In this document: piece after piece, positions 51,101 to 64,000 of the stretch | Layout: each line of letters begins with the position of its first letter | Position numbering within the stretch: the stretch's first letter is position 1 | Assembly (NCBI RefSeq): GCF_030028105.1 | Contig: NC_092396.1 | Location: 45,074,068-45,138,067 of the forward strand | Source: Mobula birostris | Taxonomy: Eukaryota | Direction: 5' to 3' | DNA length: 64,000 nucleotides | Translations under genes and position numbers: made by a program | Notes under the pieces: model-generated | Database searches by the model: none | What the model was told of the DNA's origin: nothing | Seen by the model: only the letters and a program-made list of their open reading frames with translations

Positions 51101-52221
51101 GAGCTTAACGCTGACCGGCAACTCCTGCCGGTGCTAAGCTGCGTCGTTCTCTGGTGTTCCTGGTGTTCTGGTGATCAGCTGTGTGGGGAGGGGGAGCCTG
51201 CTGTGTTGGCAACAGTTTGCTCTCCATCGTAATGCCCTGGCCCGCTTATCAACTCAACATAGCTACGACGCAACAAGCATCGTCAACCCCAGCCAACGGA
51301 AGGCCTTAGGGATCATGAGGCAGAAATATTACTTATGTATCACAAACTGGTTCCTTACCACATCTGGAATGTTCCAGATAACAATTACATTTTCTTTGAA
51401 AAAAATTACCTCTCACATCCCCTGTAAAACCTCCAACCTCTCACCTGAAATCTATGCTCTCTGGTTTAGATAGCTTGAACCACCATTCCACTTGGTGCTA
51501 CTCTCATTCGAGACAGACATGTGGAGAACTTGAGATTCCCAGGTAAAGCCATTCTGCGAAGTACAGCAGCTACTGAGAGGATGGGTGTCCAGCTTCCTGA
51601 CTCAGTCTTGTGGGCAATTTTTGTCTTTCTCTGAGGAAGATGAGCACAGCTCTCATTAATGAAAGACACATAGCTTTCATGGATTGTAGGTGAGTGCTGG
51701 AATCTAGCCGGGAGTTGATTGGAATGTGTGGAAAATAGGCCACTGGGAATTTTAGTGGGGAATAGGAACAACATAAGCTTGATGGGCTGAATGGCATCCT
51801 TCCATGAGGAAATATGGAAGTAAATACCATGCTGCACTCTCGGGATTAAATACTCGTTTCATTGTGAAGCAGCAATGTAACTCCACTTCCAGGTCAGCAT
51901 CTTACATTGAGAGCATCCTCTGCACCGATGCTCAAGTTACTGTGCTGCAAAACACATGCATTCAATCCGTGAAGGTGACCAGGGCTTCTACTTTAATTGA
52001 ACATCGGGATCCACCTTCCAATAAAACCCAAGGCAAACCCTGGCTACAGCACCTCATCTTCCACCTTGGCATGAGACAGCCGTCTACGCTCAAAACTGAA
52101 CTTAATCATTCTAGAAAGCCAGATTTTTTGGTTTGTGTCCGAACAGTCAGTCCACTGCTAAGGCCATCAAACCATTAACTGTTTGTTCCCTCCTTACAGA
52201 CACTGCCTGAGCTGCTGAATA

Positions 52222-53643
52222 TGACCATAAGCCATAGGAGCAGAATTAGGCCATGTGGCCCATCGAGACAGCTCCACCCTTCAATCATGGCAGATCCATT
52301 TTCCCCTCCCTTCCTCAGCCCACTCACCAGCCTTCTCCCCATGACCTGTGATACAGTGTCCCATCAAGAACTTATCAAACTCTTCCTTAAATACACCCAA
52401 TGATCTGGACTCCACAGCTGCCTGCGGTAATAAATTCCACAAATTCAAAATGCTCTGGCTAAGGAAATTTCTCTGCATCTCTGTTTTAAATGGATGTCCC
52501 ACTATTCTGAATCTGTGTGCTCTTGTCCTAGACTCCCCAACCATGGGAAACATCCTTTACAGGTCTACTCTGTCTGAGCCTTTCAAAATTTGAAAGGTTT
52601 CTATGAGATCCCCCCTCATCCTTCTAAATTCCAGTGAGTACAGACCCAGAGCCATCAAATGTTGCTCATATGATAACCCTTTCATTCCTGGAATCATCCT
52701 TATGAATCTCCTCTGAACGCTCTCCAATACCAGCACATCTTTTCTTAGATGAGGAGCCCAAAACTGTTCACAATACTCAAGGTGAGGCCTCACCAGTGCC
52801 TTATAAAGCATCATCATCACATCCCTGCTCTTGTATTCTAGACCTCTTGAAATGAATGCTAACATTGCATTTGCCTTCCTCACCATGACTCTGCCTGCAA
52901 GTTAACCTTTAGGGTGTTCTGCGCTAGGACTCCCAAGTCCCTTTGCATCTCAGATTTCTGGATTTTCTCCCTATTTAGAAAATAGTCTGCACATTTATTT
53001 CATGACCATGCATTTTCCAACATTAAATTTCATTTGCCACTATTTTGCCCATTCTTCTAATCTAACTCTTTCTGCAGCCTACCTGTTTCTTCAACTCTAC
53101 CTTCCCCTCCACCAATCTTCGTATCATCTTCAAACTTGGCAACAAAGCCACCTATTCGATTATCTAATTCATTGATATACAGCATAAAAAGAAGTGGTCC
53201 CAACACTGACCCCGGGGAACACCACTAGTCACTGGCAGCCAACCAGACAAGGATCCTTTTATTCCCACTTGCTGCCTCCTACCAATCAGCCAATGCTCTA
53301 TCCTTGTTAGTAACTTTCCTGTAATACCATGGGCTCTTAATTTGGTAAGCAGCCTCATGTGTGGCATCTCATCAAAGGCCTTTGAAAGTCCAAATATACA
53401 ACATCCACTTCATCTCTCCTACATGTAATCTCCTCAAAGAATTCCAACAGGTTCATCAATCAAGATTTTCCCTGAAGGAAACCATGCTGACTTTGTCCTA
53501 TTTTGTCCCGTGTCACCAAGTACTCCATCACCTCATCATCAATTGACTCCAACATCTTCCCAACCACTGAGGTCAGGCTAACTGGTTCATAATTTCCATT
53601 CTGCTGTCATCCTCCTTTCTTAAAGAGTGGGGTGACATTTGCA
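52222..53643 (-). mobile_element. Decayed CR1 ORF2 3' half
   Basis: PHMRLLTKLRAHGI, VTSGVP and KANAMLAFISRGLEYKS motifs, plus 3' tail. Confidence 0.9.
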
Positions 53644-53821
53644 GCATCTCTTTTATCTCAGTTTTCCTGCAGCTGTGGTGTTTTGTACCTTGATGGTACA
53701 CCATCCCAATGACAGACACTGCTCAGTTCCTTGAAGTGAACATTTGAAGAGTGAGAACGGGACACCCCTGTATCCGTCTCTTACAAGAAATCCTGGGACA
53801 GCTGTGGGATGTCTCCACACA

Positions 53822-54100
53822 GACAGAGTGGTGCAGCCAGCAGAGCTGCCGCCTCACAGATCAGCCGACCCAGGCTCAATCCTCAGCTCCAATACCGTCT
53901 ATAAGCAGCTTGTATATTCTCCATGGTTCCAAAGATGGACAGTACATGCTGGAAGGTTGTCTGCCATTTTAAATTATTGCTGGTGTGTGAATGAATGTTA
54001 ATGGGAATTAAAAGGAATGTGGGGAAATACATTGGAATCAGTGTAAAGGGGTGTTTGATGGTCTTGGTGGGCTGAAGACTCTGCTTCTGAACTGTGAGAC
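53822..54100 (+). mobile_element. Decayed V-SINE-like element
   Basis: tRNA-like head (gtggtgcagccagcagagctgccgcctcacag...ggctcaatcct) and CR1-like tail. Similar remnants at about 41150-41430 (+) and 62140-62265 (-). Confidence 0.55.
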
Positions 54101-54949
54101 TGAATGTTAATAAGAATTGTGATCAGGTGAAGTGCTCATCATGAAAACATTCAGAAAGGATGGAAACACATTGTGGGATTGGTCACACTGATGATCACCT
54201 GAAATTACTGAAAGCAGAGAGAGCAACGAAATATGAAGTCATTCACATTGTGTGGCAGTGACTACCAGCCAGGGCTGTGGCAAACACCGACGATCACTTC
54301 TGACTGGCAGAAGCTTTGCTGCAGCCCCACACACCCTACAACGTAACTTTGACCCAGCACAACCTATCACCCATCACCTTGTACTCCCCCACCTCCCTCC
54401 GTCCTGCAACACCAGGGCAGCAACATGCGGTAATAAAATGCAACTGACGCTTTGTGGAACAATCAAAAATAATTCATTAACGGTCTTAAGGTCAGCCCAA
54501 TACATATTGTCATGTGAGAAATTAGCAGGTCCGTTAGCTGTTAAAGCAATACCAGTATTTATCCACTATTGCTTTCCCACTGGCTTTGATTGAAATCATA
54601 TCGCCATGCTTCTGATCACTATCAATGTGGTCAGGAAGCCTCAGCACTGGACAGTACTTGGTGCACAAGTGACAGGTTCACCACTCTCTGTATCGTGTCC
54701 ACTCCTATCTGCACAGTCACTGTCATCAGAGGGCAGGAAAGGTCAGGGAAATGGTCGGGTCTAGGAACAGAAAGCCCTGACAAGCAGCCAGCTTGTGACC
54801 TGGACAAGAGCGAGAGGATGAGGCAGTGATCAGCAGATGGAAGGCGGCATGCTTCCCCGGGAACCATGGGTGAGAACTCCTCCATCTTCAGCTCCAAGGA
54901 GTGCAAGAGACAGCATTCACCATCCAGACAGCTCTCAAAAAGAGGGTAT

Positions 54950-56425
54950 GCTCGCGCTCCACAACCCCAGTGCTGCATAACACATGACACACGTGTTCCA
55001 CAAGCCCAGTCCTATGTAATACAGAACATATTCCATGAAACCAGCCCTGTGTACCTGCACAATACTTCATGTTCTACAAAACCCATCCCACATAATTACA
55101 GGGCTTCCACGCTCCCAAGTGCGCAGGCGCCGGTCGTGCCTGCAGCCTGTTACAGCCGTTCCCACCAGTATTCTTACTTTTTTCTTCTTGCTTTTTAACT
55201 TACGTTATTTTTTGTATTTTTTTCCCCTCGGTAACACGTTGAAGCTGCACCCTCTCTAACATGCTGGTAGAGAGAGTTTTATTTGGGTTTTTAGTGCTGG
55301 AAATAGTTACATTCCGACACGTCTCATTAGCGGGACAGAAGCATGGTCGCATTGTTTATTCCAGGGACCAGCTGCTTGCGCTAATGCCGACCGGTTTAGC
55401 GAGCAGAGCGGCAGACACCCCTGCTGAAATCTAGAGAAAAACACACAGAGGATGCAGAGGGGGATCACAAAGTCGAGGAAAGAGGATCGAGACCGGGTCG
55501 AGACAAAAGAGACTTATGGAGAAGAGGAGTTCGGTGGGTAATAAAATGGACGAGTTCACGGCGCTAGCCAGGCATCAAAGAACATTTCGGGAGTGCAGTG
55601 TTATGGGTTTTACTGGAACGGGGCTGCACGAGGACATACCCGATCAAATCTTTTCCATGGACGGCTCCCAGACCGTTCGGGCTGACTGAAGTGCACTGAG
55701 AGCGGTAAGCGTAAAGGAGTTGGGTGCTTACTATTCTGGTTAACAACAGATGGTGCAATCCGGGTCATATTACGATCGAGGAACGTGTTTGTAGACCGGA
55801 TATTGAACTTTTTCTGTTGAACTTCCACCATATTCCACTGAGATACAACACCGGGTGGCATGGGAGGTCGTTCCTGCCTGTGGCCATCAAACTTGCAGCT
55901 CCTTCCGTGGAGGGTCAGACAGCCTGAGCCAATAGGCTGGTCCTGGACTTATTTTCCATCTGGCATAGTTTGCATTTTGTTGTTTGATTGTTTGTGGTTT
56001 TTGTATTGCTATATTTATGCTCTATTCTTGTTTGGTGCGGCTGTAACGAAACCCAGTTTCCCTCGGGATCAATAAAGTATATCTATCCAACCACAAAATC
56101 AGTCTCTTCTGCAATGCAGGACACACATGCTCCACAAACCCACTGCTGTGTAATGCAGGACACACATATTCCACAAACCCACTGCTGTGTAATGCGGGAC
56201 ACACATATTCCACAAACCCACTGCTGTGTATCGCAGGGCACACACATTCCACAAAACCAGTCCTGTGTAATGCAGGTTACATACATTCTACAAAACCAGT
56301 CCTGTGTAACGCAGGGCACACACATTCCACAAACCCCTGCTATGTAACGCAGGACACACACATTTCACAAAACCAGTCCTGTATAACACAGGACACATGC
56401 TCTATAAGCCCAGTCCTGTGTAGCA
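54950..56425. repeat. 39-bp minisatellite interrupted by a Rex1-derived insertion
   Basis: Unit aatgcaggacacacatattccacaaacccactgctgtgt recurs at 56113, 56152, 56191 and onward. Diverged units at 54950-55100. Confidence 0.9.
55101..56088 (+). mobile_element. Internally deleted Rex1/Babar element (5' UTR and endonuclease start joined to the 3' end)
   Basis: IVYSRDQLLAL, MDEFTALARHQRTFRECSVMGFT and VNNRWCNPGHITIEERVCRPDIEL, then a jump at about 55834 to sequence matching the 3' end of the 32380-33262 family. Confidence 0.8.
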
Positions 56426-57715
56426 CAGAGTTCTTGCAATGCTGACACTGGTTTCCCCTATTTCAGTTCTGAACTCCTGTAAGTACTGCGTAGGAATTCC
56501 ACACAAATTCTGTACAAGCACGAGGACTGAAGACAGAAATTCATCTTGCGACAATGGCACAGAAATCTAAGAATACAATATGACCCCTTTTTTGGGTCTT
56601 AGTCAGCATGAGTCAGAGAAGTAATTTATAATTTACAACTTGGCACATTGTCTTGTGTTACTGCCAAGTTAACTGCTGCCTAATTCACCTAATGTCCTTC
56701 TAGGGTGGTTAATTCATAACCACTCCATCACGACAAGTTCTGTCCATGAATAAAACTAAATATGGGCCACAACTCGAAGATCAGTTCACCAATTTAAAAA
56801 AAGCACAAAAACAAAATGGTGCACGCCTGGTTTTTACTAGCTGGAGTTTAACCAGAGAGGATCTACAACTGAGGAATCCCTACGCCTGTCTTCCTTACCT
56901 CAGACCTGCCACTCAATCCCCATCACAAGGGCAGGACACTTTCTCAGCTGGTTACCCTCATACCCCTGAATTAGAAGATTCTGGGCCCAGGTGACAGAAC
57001 CAGGCCCTTGTAAGTCCATCGTGCCCACTGCACACTAATCCCACCTACCTACCTCTGACCTGTTACGCCTTGGCAATTCAAGAGCTTCTCTAGATGTTGC
57101 GAGAGGATCTGCCTCCACCATCTTCTCACAACAGTAAGGTCCAGATTTCAACCACTGTCGGAGTGAAAACAGATCCACCCCAGTGAACCTCTGACCTCTC
57201 ACTGTAAATCCATGCCCCTTTGTCTCAGACACCACCACCATGGCAAGAGTCTTATCACCTCATTCCCCAGGTCCTACCCCAGGGATGTCTGTTCTCTTCC
57301 ACACTGAGGGACTGGTCTACCACTAGAGGTGCCCGCATTCACTGTTTACCACCTGCAGTGAATACAGAATATCCATTGGGATCAGCTGTAAGAAGAACAT
57401 GAACCTTCTCCTGCTCCCCCTCCCCCCATGGTGCCCTGATTGATACTTATCTTCAATTAACTCCTCTGCAGGACCTGCAGTGCAGTACAATCTGTGCGAT
57501 CTTCATGTATGGAAAAAAAGATGGCCCTGCGTCACAAGGGAAAACCTTGTGAATTGACTGGGAAGTGTTTAGAGATATGTTAAGTCAGCGGTCCCCAACC
57601 ACCGGGCCGCGAGGAAACGATACAAGTCAGCTGCACCTTTCCTCTTTCCCTGTCTCCTACTGTTGAACTTGAACATAGGATTGCTAACTGTCCCATATTT
57701 GCCAGGACATCCCAT

Positions 57716-59303
57716 ATAGAAACCATAGAAACAACAGAAAAACTACAGCACAGAAACAGGCCTTTTGGCCCTTCTTGGCTGTGCTGAACCGTTTTCTGCC
57801 TAGTCCCACTGACCTGCACACGGACCATATCCCTCCATACACCTCCCATCCATGTATCTGTCCAATTTATTCTTAAATGTTAAAAAAGAACCCACATTTA
57901 CCACACCGTCTGGCAGCTCATTCCATATTCCCACCACTCTCTGTGTGAAGAAGCCCCCCCCTAATGTTCACTTTAAACTTTTCCCCCCTCACCCTTAACC
58001 CATGTCTTCTGGTTTTTTTTCTCCCCTTGCCCCAGTGGAAAAAGCCCACTTGCATTCACTCTATCTATACCCATCATAATTTTATAAACCTTTATCAAAG
58101 CTCCTCTCATTCTTCTACGCTCCAGGGAATAAAGTCCTAACCTATTCAACCTTTCTCTGTAACTGAGTTTCTCAAGTCCTGGCAACATCCTTGTAAACCT
58201 TCTCTGCACTCTTTCAACCTTATTAATATCCTTCCTACCACCACTAGTCACAGGCCTCCATTCTGAGAAGCAATTCTCTACCACCACTCTTTGGCTTCTT
58301 CCATTGAACCAATGTCTAATCCAATTTACTACCTCTCCATGTATACCTAGCGACTGAATTTTCCTAACTAACCTCCCATGCGGGACCTTGTCAAAGGCCT
58401 TACTGAAGTCTATGTAGACAACATCCACTGCCTTCCCTTCATCCACTTTCCTGGTAACCTCCTCGAAAAACTCCAATAGATTGGTCAAAGATGACCTACC
58501 ACGCACAAAGTCATGTTGACTCTTTCTAATAAATCCCTATCTAAATGCTTGTAGATTCTGTCTCTTAGTACTCCCTCCAATAACTTACCTACTACCGACG
58601 TCAAACTTACTGGCCTATAATTTCCCGGATTACTTTTTGATCCTTTTTTTAAACAACGGAACAACATGAGCCACTCTCCAATTCTCCAGCACCTCACTCT
58701 TAGACACCGACATTTTAAATATATCTGCCAGGGTCCCTGCAATTTCAACACTAGTCTCCTTCAAGGTCCGAGGGAACACCCTGTCAGGTCCCGGGGATTT
58801 ATCCACTTTAATTTGCCTCAAGATAGCAAGCACCTCCTCCTCCTCAATCTGTACAGTTTCCATGATCTCACTACTTGTTTCCCTTCATTCCATAGACTTC
58901 ATGCCAGTTTCCTTAGTAAATACAGATGCAAAAAAACCATTTAAGATCTCCCCCATTTCTTTTGGTTCCGCACGTAGCCGACCACTCTGATCTTCAAGAG
59001 GACAAATTTTATCCCTTACAATCCTTTTACTCTTAATATACCTGTGAAACTCTTTGGATTATCCTTCACTTTCAAGGCAACCTCATGTCCTCTTTTACCC
59101 CTCCTAATTTCCTTCTTAAGTATTTTCTTGCACTTTTTATACTCCTCAAGCACCTTACTTACTCCCTGTTTCCTATAGATGTCACACAACTCTCTCTTCT
59201 TCTTTATCAGAGTTGCAATATCCCTTGAGAACCAAGGTTCCTTATTCCTATTCACTTTGCCTTTAATCCTGACAGGAACATACAAACTCTGCACTCTCGA
59301 AAA
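57716..59303 (-). mobile_element. CR1 with an internal RT deletion, inserted in the hAT element
   Basis: 3' tail at 57716. ORF 57973-58506 fuses RPVTSG directly to RKDINKVERVQ, removing the [11 protein letters not shown] core. Confidence 0.88.
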
Positions 59304-59486
59304 TTGGGCTATATTGGGCTAAATTGGTCTGTCCCATACGGGACCGCCCTTGTCCTGTATTTCCCCCGCTGAGGTACAGCATTCCTATGAAACTGTTCGT
59401 GCCGAAATGGCGTAAAGCAAAGAAGCAATTACCATTAATTTATATGGGAAAATTTTTTGAGCATTCCCAGGCCCAAAAAAAACCTT

Positions 59487-60230
59487 ACCACCATTCAGGG
59501 CCCCAAACAGTCCTTCCAGGTGAGGCAACACTTCACCTGTGAGTCGACTGGGGTGATATACTGCATCCGGTGCTCCCGATGTGGCCTTTTATATATTGGC
59601 AAGACCCGACGCAGACTGGGAGACCGCTTTGCTGAACATCTACGCTCTGTCCGCCAGAGAAAGCAGGATCTCCCAGTGGCCACACATTTTAATTCCACAT
59701 CCCATTCCCATTCTGACATGTCTATCCACGGCCTCCTCTACTGTAAAGATGAAGCCACACTCAGGTTGGAGGAACAACACCTTATATTCCGTCTGGGTAG
59801 CCTCCAACCTGCTGGCATGAACATCGACTTCTCTAACTTCCGCTAGGCCCCACCTCCCCCTCGTATCCCATCTGTTACTTATTTTTATGCACACATTCTT
59901 TCTCTCACTCTCCTTTTTCTCCCTCTGTCCCTCTGAATATACCTCTTGCCCATCCTCTGGGTCCCCCCCCCCCCCGTCTTTCTTCCAGGACCTCCTGTCC
60001 CATGATCCTCTCATATCCCCTTTGCCAATCACCTGTCCAGCTCTTGGCTCCATCCCTCCCCCTCCTGTCTTCTCCTATCATTTTGGATCTCCCCCTCCCC
60101 CTCTCAAATCCCTTACTCACTCTTCCTTCAGTTAGTCCTGACGAAGGGTCTCGGCCTGAAACGTCGACTGCACCTCTTCCTAGAGATGCTGCCTGGCCTG
60201 CTGCATTCACCAGCAACTTTGATGTGTGCT
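59487..60230 (+). mobile_element. Penelope-like element: open GIY-YIG endonuclease end and terminal repeat
   Basis: GVIYCIRCSRCGLLYIGKTRRRLGDRFAEH...PVATHFN...GMNIDF (ORF 59457-59846). Flanked by an approximately 20-bp duplication gcccaaaaaaaa(a/c)c(c/t)tacca at 59471-59490 and 60231-60250. Confidence 0.9.
60133..60170 (+). ncRNA. Minimal type I hammerhead ribozyme (Penelope-associated)
   Basis: Stem I tagtc/gactg, CUGACGA at 60138-60144, GAAA at 60158-60161, predicted GUC cleavage after 60165. Confidence 0.8.
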
Positions 60231-62534
60231 GCCCAAAAAAAAACCTACCAAATCATACCAAATAGCACATAAAACCTAAAATAACTCTAACATACAGTAA
60301 AAGCAGGAATGATACAATAAATGCACAGCCTATATAAAGTAGAAATGATGTATGAACAGTGTAGTCAGGAAGATTAAGGCAAAACCAATTTGTGGAAAAA
60401 AACCGGTACGTACTCACATGCGCACACAGGTGCCCGCGCAAGGCTTCATGGTTATGGTAGTCTTTCCTAGGGTAAACACAAGTGTCCCGGGATTTGACTG
60501 CTACCTTTGTCCCTTATTTGGGAGTGAGAAAGTTGGCAACCCTAACTGCAAAAGGCATGTTGAGGTGAGTTTAACCCTACTTGAACAACACCACCCGCCG
60601 CCCCCCCCCCCCGCAGGTGGCTGGTCCGCAAGAATATTGTCAATATTAAAATGGTCCGCAGTGCAATAAAGGTCGGGGACCCCTGTGTTAAAGACACCAC
60701 ACAATACAAGACACCTTTTCTCCATTCTCGACTGGGTAACCTGTTCCAGATCTCTTCAGTGCTGTTCGAAAGCTGACTGCCATATCTCATATAGGCAGAC
60801 TTCAGTAGTCCCTGCTACATGAGGCAAAGCCTTCTGTATAATCTGACCCACCTGACAATATCATTGCTGTACCTGCAAATCCAGCACAGAGAGCTGGAAA
60901 TACACGCTCTAGTTTTCTGTGAGATGATGCAAGTACATCTTTAATCCAAAGTCAAAGGCCCGGTGTATGATAATCAACCAGAGGTAATCACATTACATAA
61001 TTCATTACCCAAGTGTGGAAGATAATCTCAGTGTAGAAGTCTAGAAGGTACCCAAAAGCTTCCTTAGAAATGAAATATTCTACTCAAAGGCTAATTTTTT
61101 CTCACAGCTCAGGCTAGAATTTCCATCATTTTAACAGGAATTCACAGCTGGCTTAGTTAGTTAGAGCTTTCCAAATTAATTCCACATCTGGCATCCAGCA
61201 GCTGGACACCACATTCCAAAATGCGTGTCAGAAACTGTCCAAAGAATGCCGATATTAGGCTGTGGTAACGCAAACCAGGCAGAAACCCCACACCATCATC
61301 CTTATTCGCTAAACTTCAGGGGGAGGAAGAAAGATACAAAAGCAGATGAGACCAAACATCTTTGCCTGAAAGATAAAGAAAGGCAATAATACTTGACAAT
61401 CAGTACAGAAAAGTGCCTGTTTTCCTACACAAAACTGCATCATGGCATGAAATTGTCACACGGATTGTTCAGGCTACATTAGTAAACATGTTACATGGTC
61501 TACATAATCAGAATAATAAATTAGTAACCACGACGACTGAAAAATAGATCTTGGAATATTAGCAGTGTCCCTGTAACAAAGAAAATGCACATTTGTACAG
61601 AATGAAATTGCTTAACTTGAGCTAGAAGTAGATGCTGATGAACTGTAATCAGTCAGAGAAAAGGTAAGAGCAAAATCAGTGTCAGGAAAACATTCCAGAA
61701 CCTAGTTTGATCTCAGACACGATACGGTATTACAATGTATTCTTACATGTTTTGCAGCAGTGTTGATGCCATTACATCAGTATTGAAGACTAAAAAAAGA
61801 GTAGAGACAGTGAGGTTGTAATTTGAGAGGTTGGTTCACTGGGATCCATTGCGTCAACTGAAATTTGTGTCTAGTACCGTGAGTTACAGATTGTAAATTC
61901 TAATCAGTGGTGATGATGAAATCCAATTGTGTTGACATCCTGGATGTTATCACAGTGAATTAAAACTCATGTTAAGAAAAAGGCATTAGGATCTGTCCTT
62001 GGGGAACAAAACGATCCATTCCTATCAGGCAGACTTCTCTAAAACAGGAAAGCAAGGTGCATACATAGCACATTATGGTCTTCAGATGGTGAATGAGCCA
62101 ACTGCATGTTCCTCATAGTTATTTCTAATACATCCTTCCAACGTGGGAAACCCATAGGTTCACAGAGAGAATGGGTGAACTCCACACAGACAGCCCGAGA
62201 GATCAGGAATGAACCCGGATCACTGGAGCTGTGGGGTAGCAACTCTACCAGCTGTGCAACTGTGTTCCAGCAGCCCTCTGCACCTCCTTGTGCTTCTCTG
62301 TGTATCGTGGGTTTGAAATGGGGAATATTCATACATGGACATACATCGTGTGTGTGCACATGCACTATGGAACAGGTATTTTTGCTAGGCTCTTTGGATA
62401 AAGGTAGGGTGCAAATTTTGTAAAGTAGGCAGCATGATTTGTTCATCAAACAGCGTCTTAATTCATCTTCACCGCATCGTCCAAAAGCCTTGTCAGCCCT
62501 GGGTTCCCTTACAGTTGCTGAAGCCCAGGAGCTC

Positions 62535-63290
62535 TGCTTCATAGTAGTTCAGATACACAATTCCCTGAAAGTGGCGTCACTTAGCTAAAGAGAGCCTTTG
62601 GCAAATTGACCTTCATAAATCAAAGTATCGATACAGGAGTTGGGTTATACAAGATGATGTTCACTTATCTACAGGAAAGATATTAATATTATTATTAATA
62701 ACAATAATAATAAAATGGACAATGATGATAGACCGGAGTTAAAGGGAAAGGTTGAAAATGTTAGGATTTTATCCCCTGTAATCTCCCTAAATGAGGGGAG
62801 ATTTGAAAGGATATACCAAATTATAAGGGGTATAAATAAGGTAAATGCCAGCTGGCATATTCCACTGAGGTTGTGTGAGACGAGAACTAAAGGTCATAGG
62901 TTAAGAGTGAAAGTTGAAATATTTAAGAGTAAGCTGAGGGGGAACTTCTTCACTCTGAGGGTGGCACAAGCGTGTAAGTGGTGGCTGCGGGTTTGATTTC
63001 AACACTTAACAGAAATTTGGGTATGTACGTAGATGGGAGGGTTATGAAGGACTATGGTCCAGGTGTGGGTTAATTGGATTAGGCAGAATAATAATTCAAC
63101 ATGGACCAGATGGACTGGAGGGCCTGTGCGTGTTGTAGTACTCCATGTCCATAGATATCCCCAAAGTTGAATGAGCAATTAAGAAGACATATGGTGTGTT
63201 CACCTTATTGAGGGATTGAATTCAAGAACCGAACTCGGATTACTCTGTTCAGTTCTGGTCGCCTGACAGAAAGGATGTTGAAGCTTTAGC
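62535..63290 (+). mobile_element. Decayed CR1 3' fragments
   Basis: IIRGINKVNAS..TRTKGH..RGNFFT motifs and 3' UTR. Confidence 0.7.
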
Positions 63291-64000
63291 AATTCAGATT
63301 GATTTATTTATCATATATACATCAAAACATAGTGAAATTTGTCATTTGCGTTAACAACCCAACACCCAATGATGTGCTGGGGGGCAGCTGGCAAGCGTCC
63401 CTACAGAAAATGCCTACAGTGCTCAGCAGAACACAGAATACCACAAAACAGAACACACAAAGCAAAGCTTCTCACACACCCACATACATAAAGTTCCAGG
63501 TACAAATATATTATCAAAGTGCGTATACCATGTGCAACCTTGAAACTCATCTTTTTGCAGGCAGCCACAAAACAAAGAAACACAATAGAACTTACAAGAA
63601 AGCACCACAAGTATCCGATGTGGAAAGGAGGACAAATGGTGCAAGTGGGAAAAAACAAGTAATACATTGAACATGAACTGCAGGCTCCCTGAAAGACAGC
63701 CAACAGACTGTGGGGTCAGTTCAGCACTGAGGCAAGTTCAGCTGTCCTGCTCCCATCGGCTGCAGGACAACCACTGCTCCCAAAACTGGGCAGTGTGGGA
63801 CCTGTGCACTTCTTGCCCAATGGGGGAGGGGAGAAACAGTGGGGGTGGGTGGACTGGTCAAATGCAGGCAGACAGCACCGAAAACCAATTCATTTTCCGC
63901 TCTAGGTCCTCGGTGCTCTTATCTCTTATTAGCACAGAGTAATGCAAAGCTGAGCTGAGAAGTGGCAGATGGAGTTCAACCCAGATAAGTGTGAGGTGGT

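Larger units (their letters stand above)
57586..60685. mobile_element. hAT (Charlie-like) non-autonomous element carrying nested insertions
   Basis: TIRs cagcggtccccaacc / ggtcggggacccctg. 8-bp flanks tgttaagt / tgttaaag (6 of 8 match). Inner second TIR pair taggattgctaact (57677) / agttggcaacccta (ends 60544). Confidence 0.75.

Noticed and set aside
55988-56361. Cys/His-rich repetitive ORFs
   Set aside because: These are translations of the 39-bp (13-codon) minisatellite, with no gene context.

Overview
Vertebrate nuclear DNA, most likely a cartilaginous fish (shark or ray). This is inferred from the repeat landscape, not from a database search. The window appears to lie inside the 5' part of a minus-strand gene that I identify as perlecan (HSPG2). 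Two clean, phase-compatible exons encode the acidic N-terminal domain I (23292-23421 and 21850-21942), and there is a probable 27-nt micro-exon (18427-18453). I did not find the signal-peptide exon or the SEA-domain exons, so they probably lie outside the window. The rest is intron filled with nested transposable elements: CR1, Rex1/Babar, L1, HERO-type RLE LINE, Penelope-like elements with minimal hammerhead ribozymes, a SCAN-gag Gmr1-like Gypsy remnant, a solo LTR, hAT MITEs, V-SINEs and minisatellites. Most ORFs in the supplied track are TE fragments or spurious. The most notable observations are: (1) a TSD-flanked, ORF1-only HAL1-like L1; (2) a 1-kb Rex1 element made of a 5' end joined to a 3' end; (3) intact hammerheads only antisense to the host gene, plus a TSD-flanked 85-bp hairpin element with both ribozyme cores broken; (4) a minisatellite and foldback built from a reverse-transcriptase motif; (5) no Ser-Gly heparan-sulfate acceptor in the visible perlecan domain I exons. 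TE boundaries are approximate unless a TSD is given.
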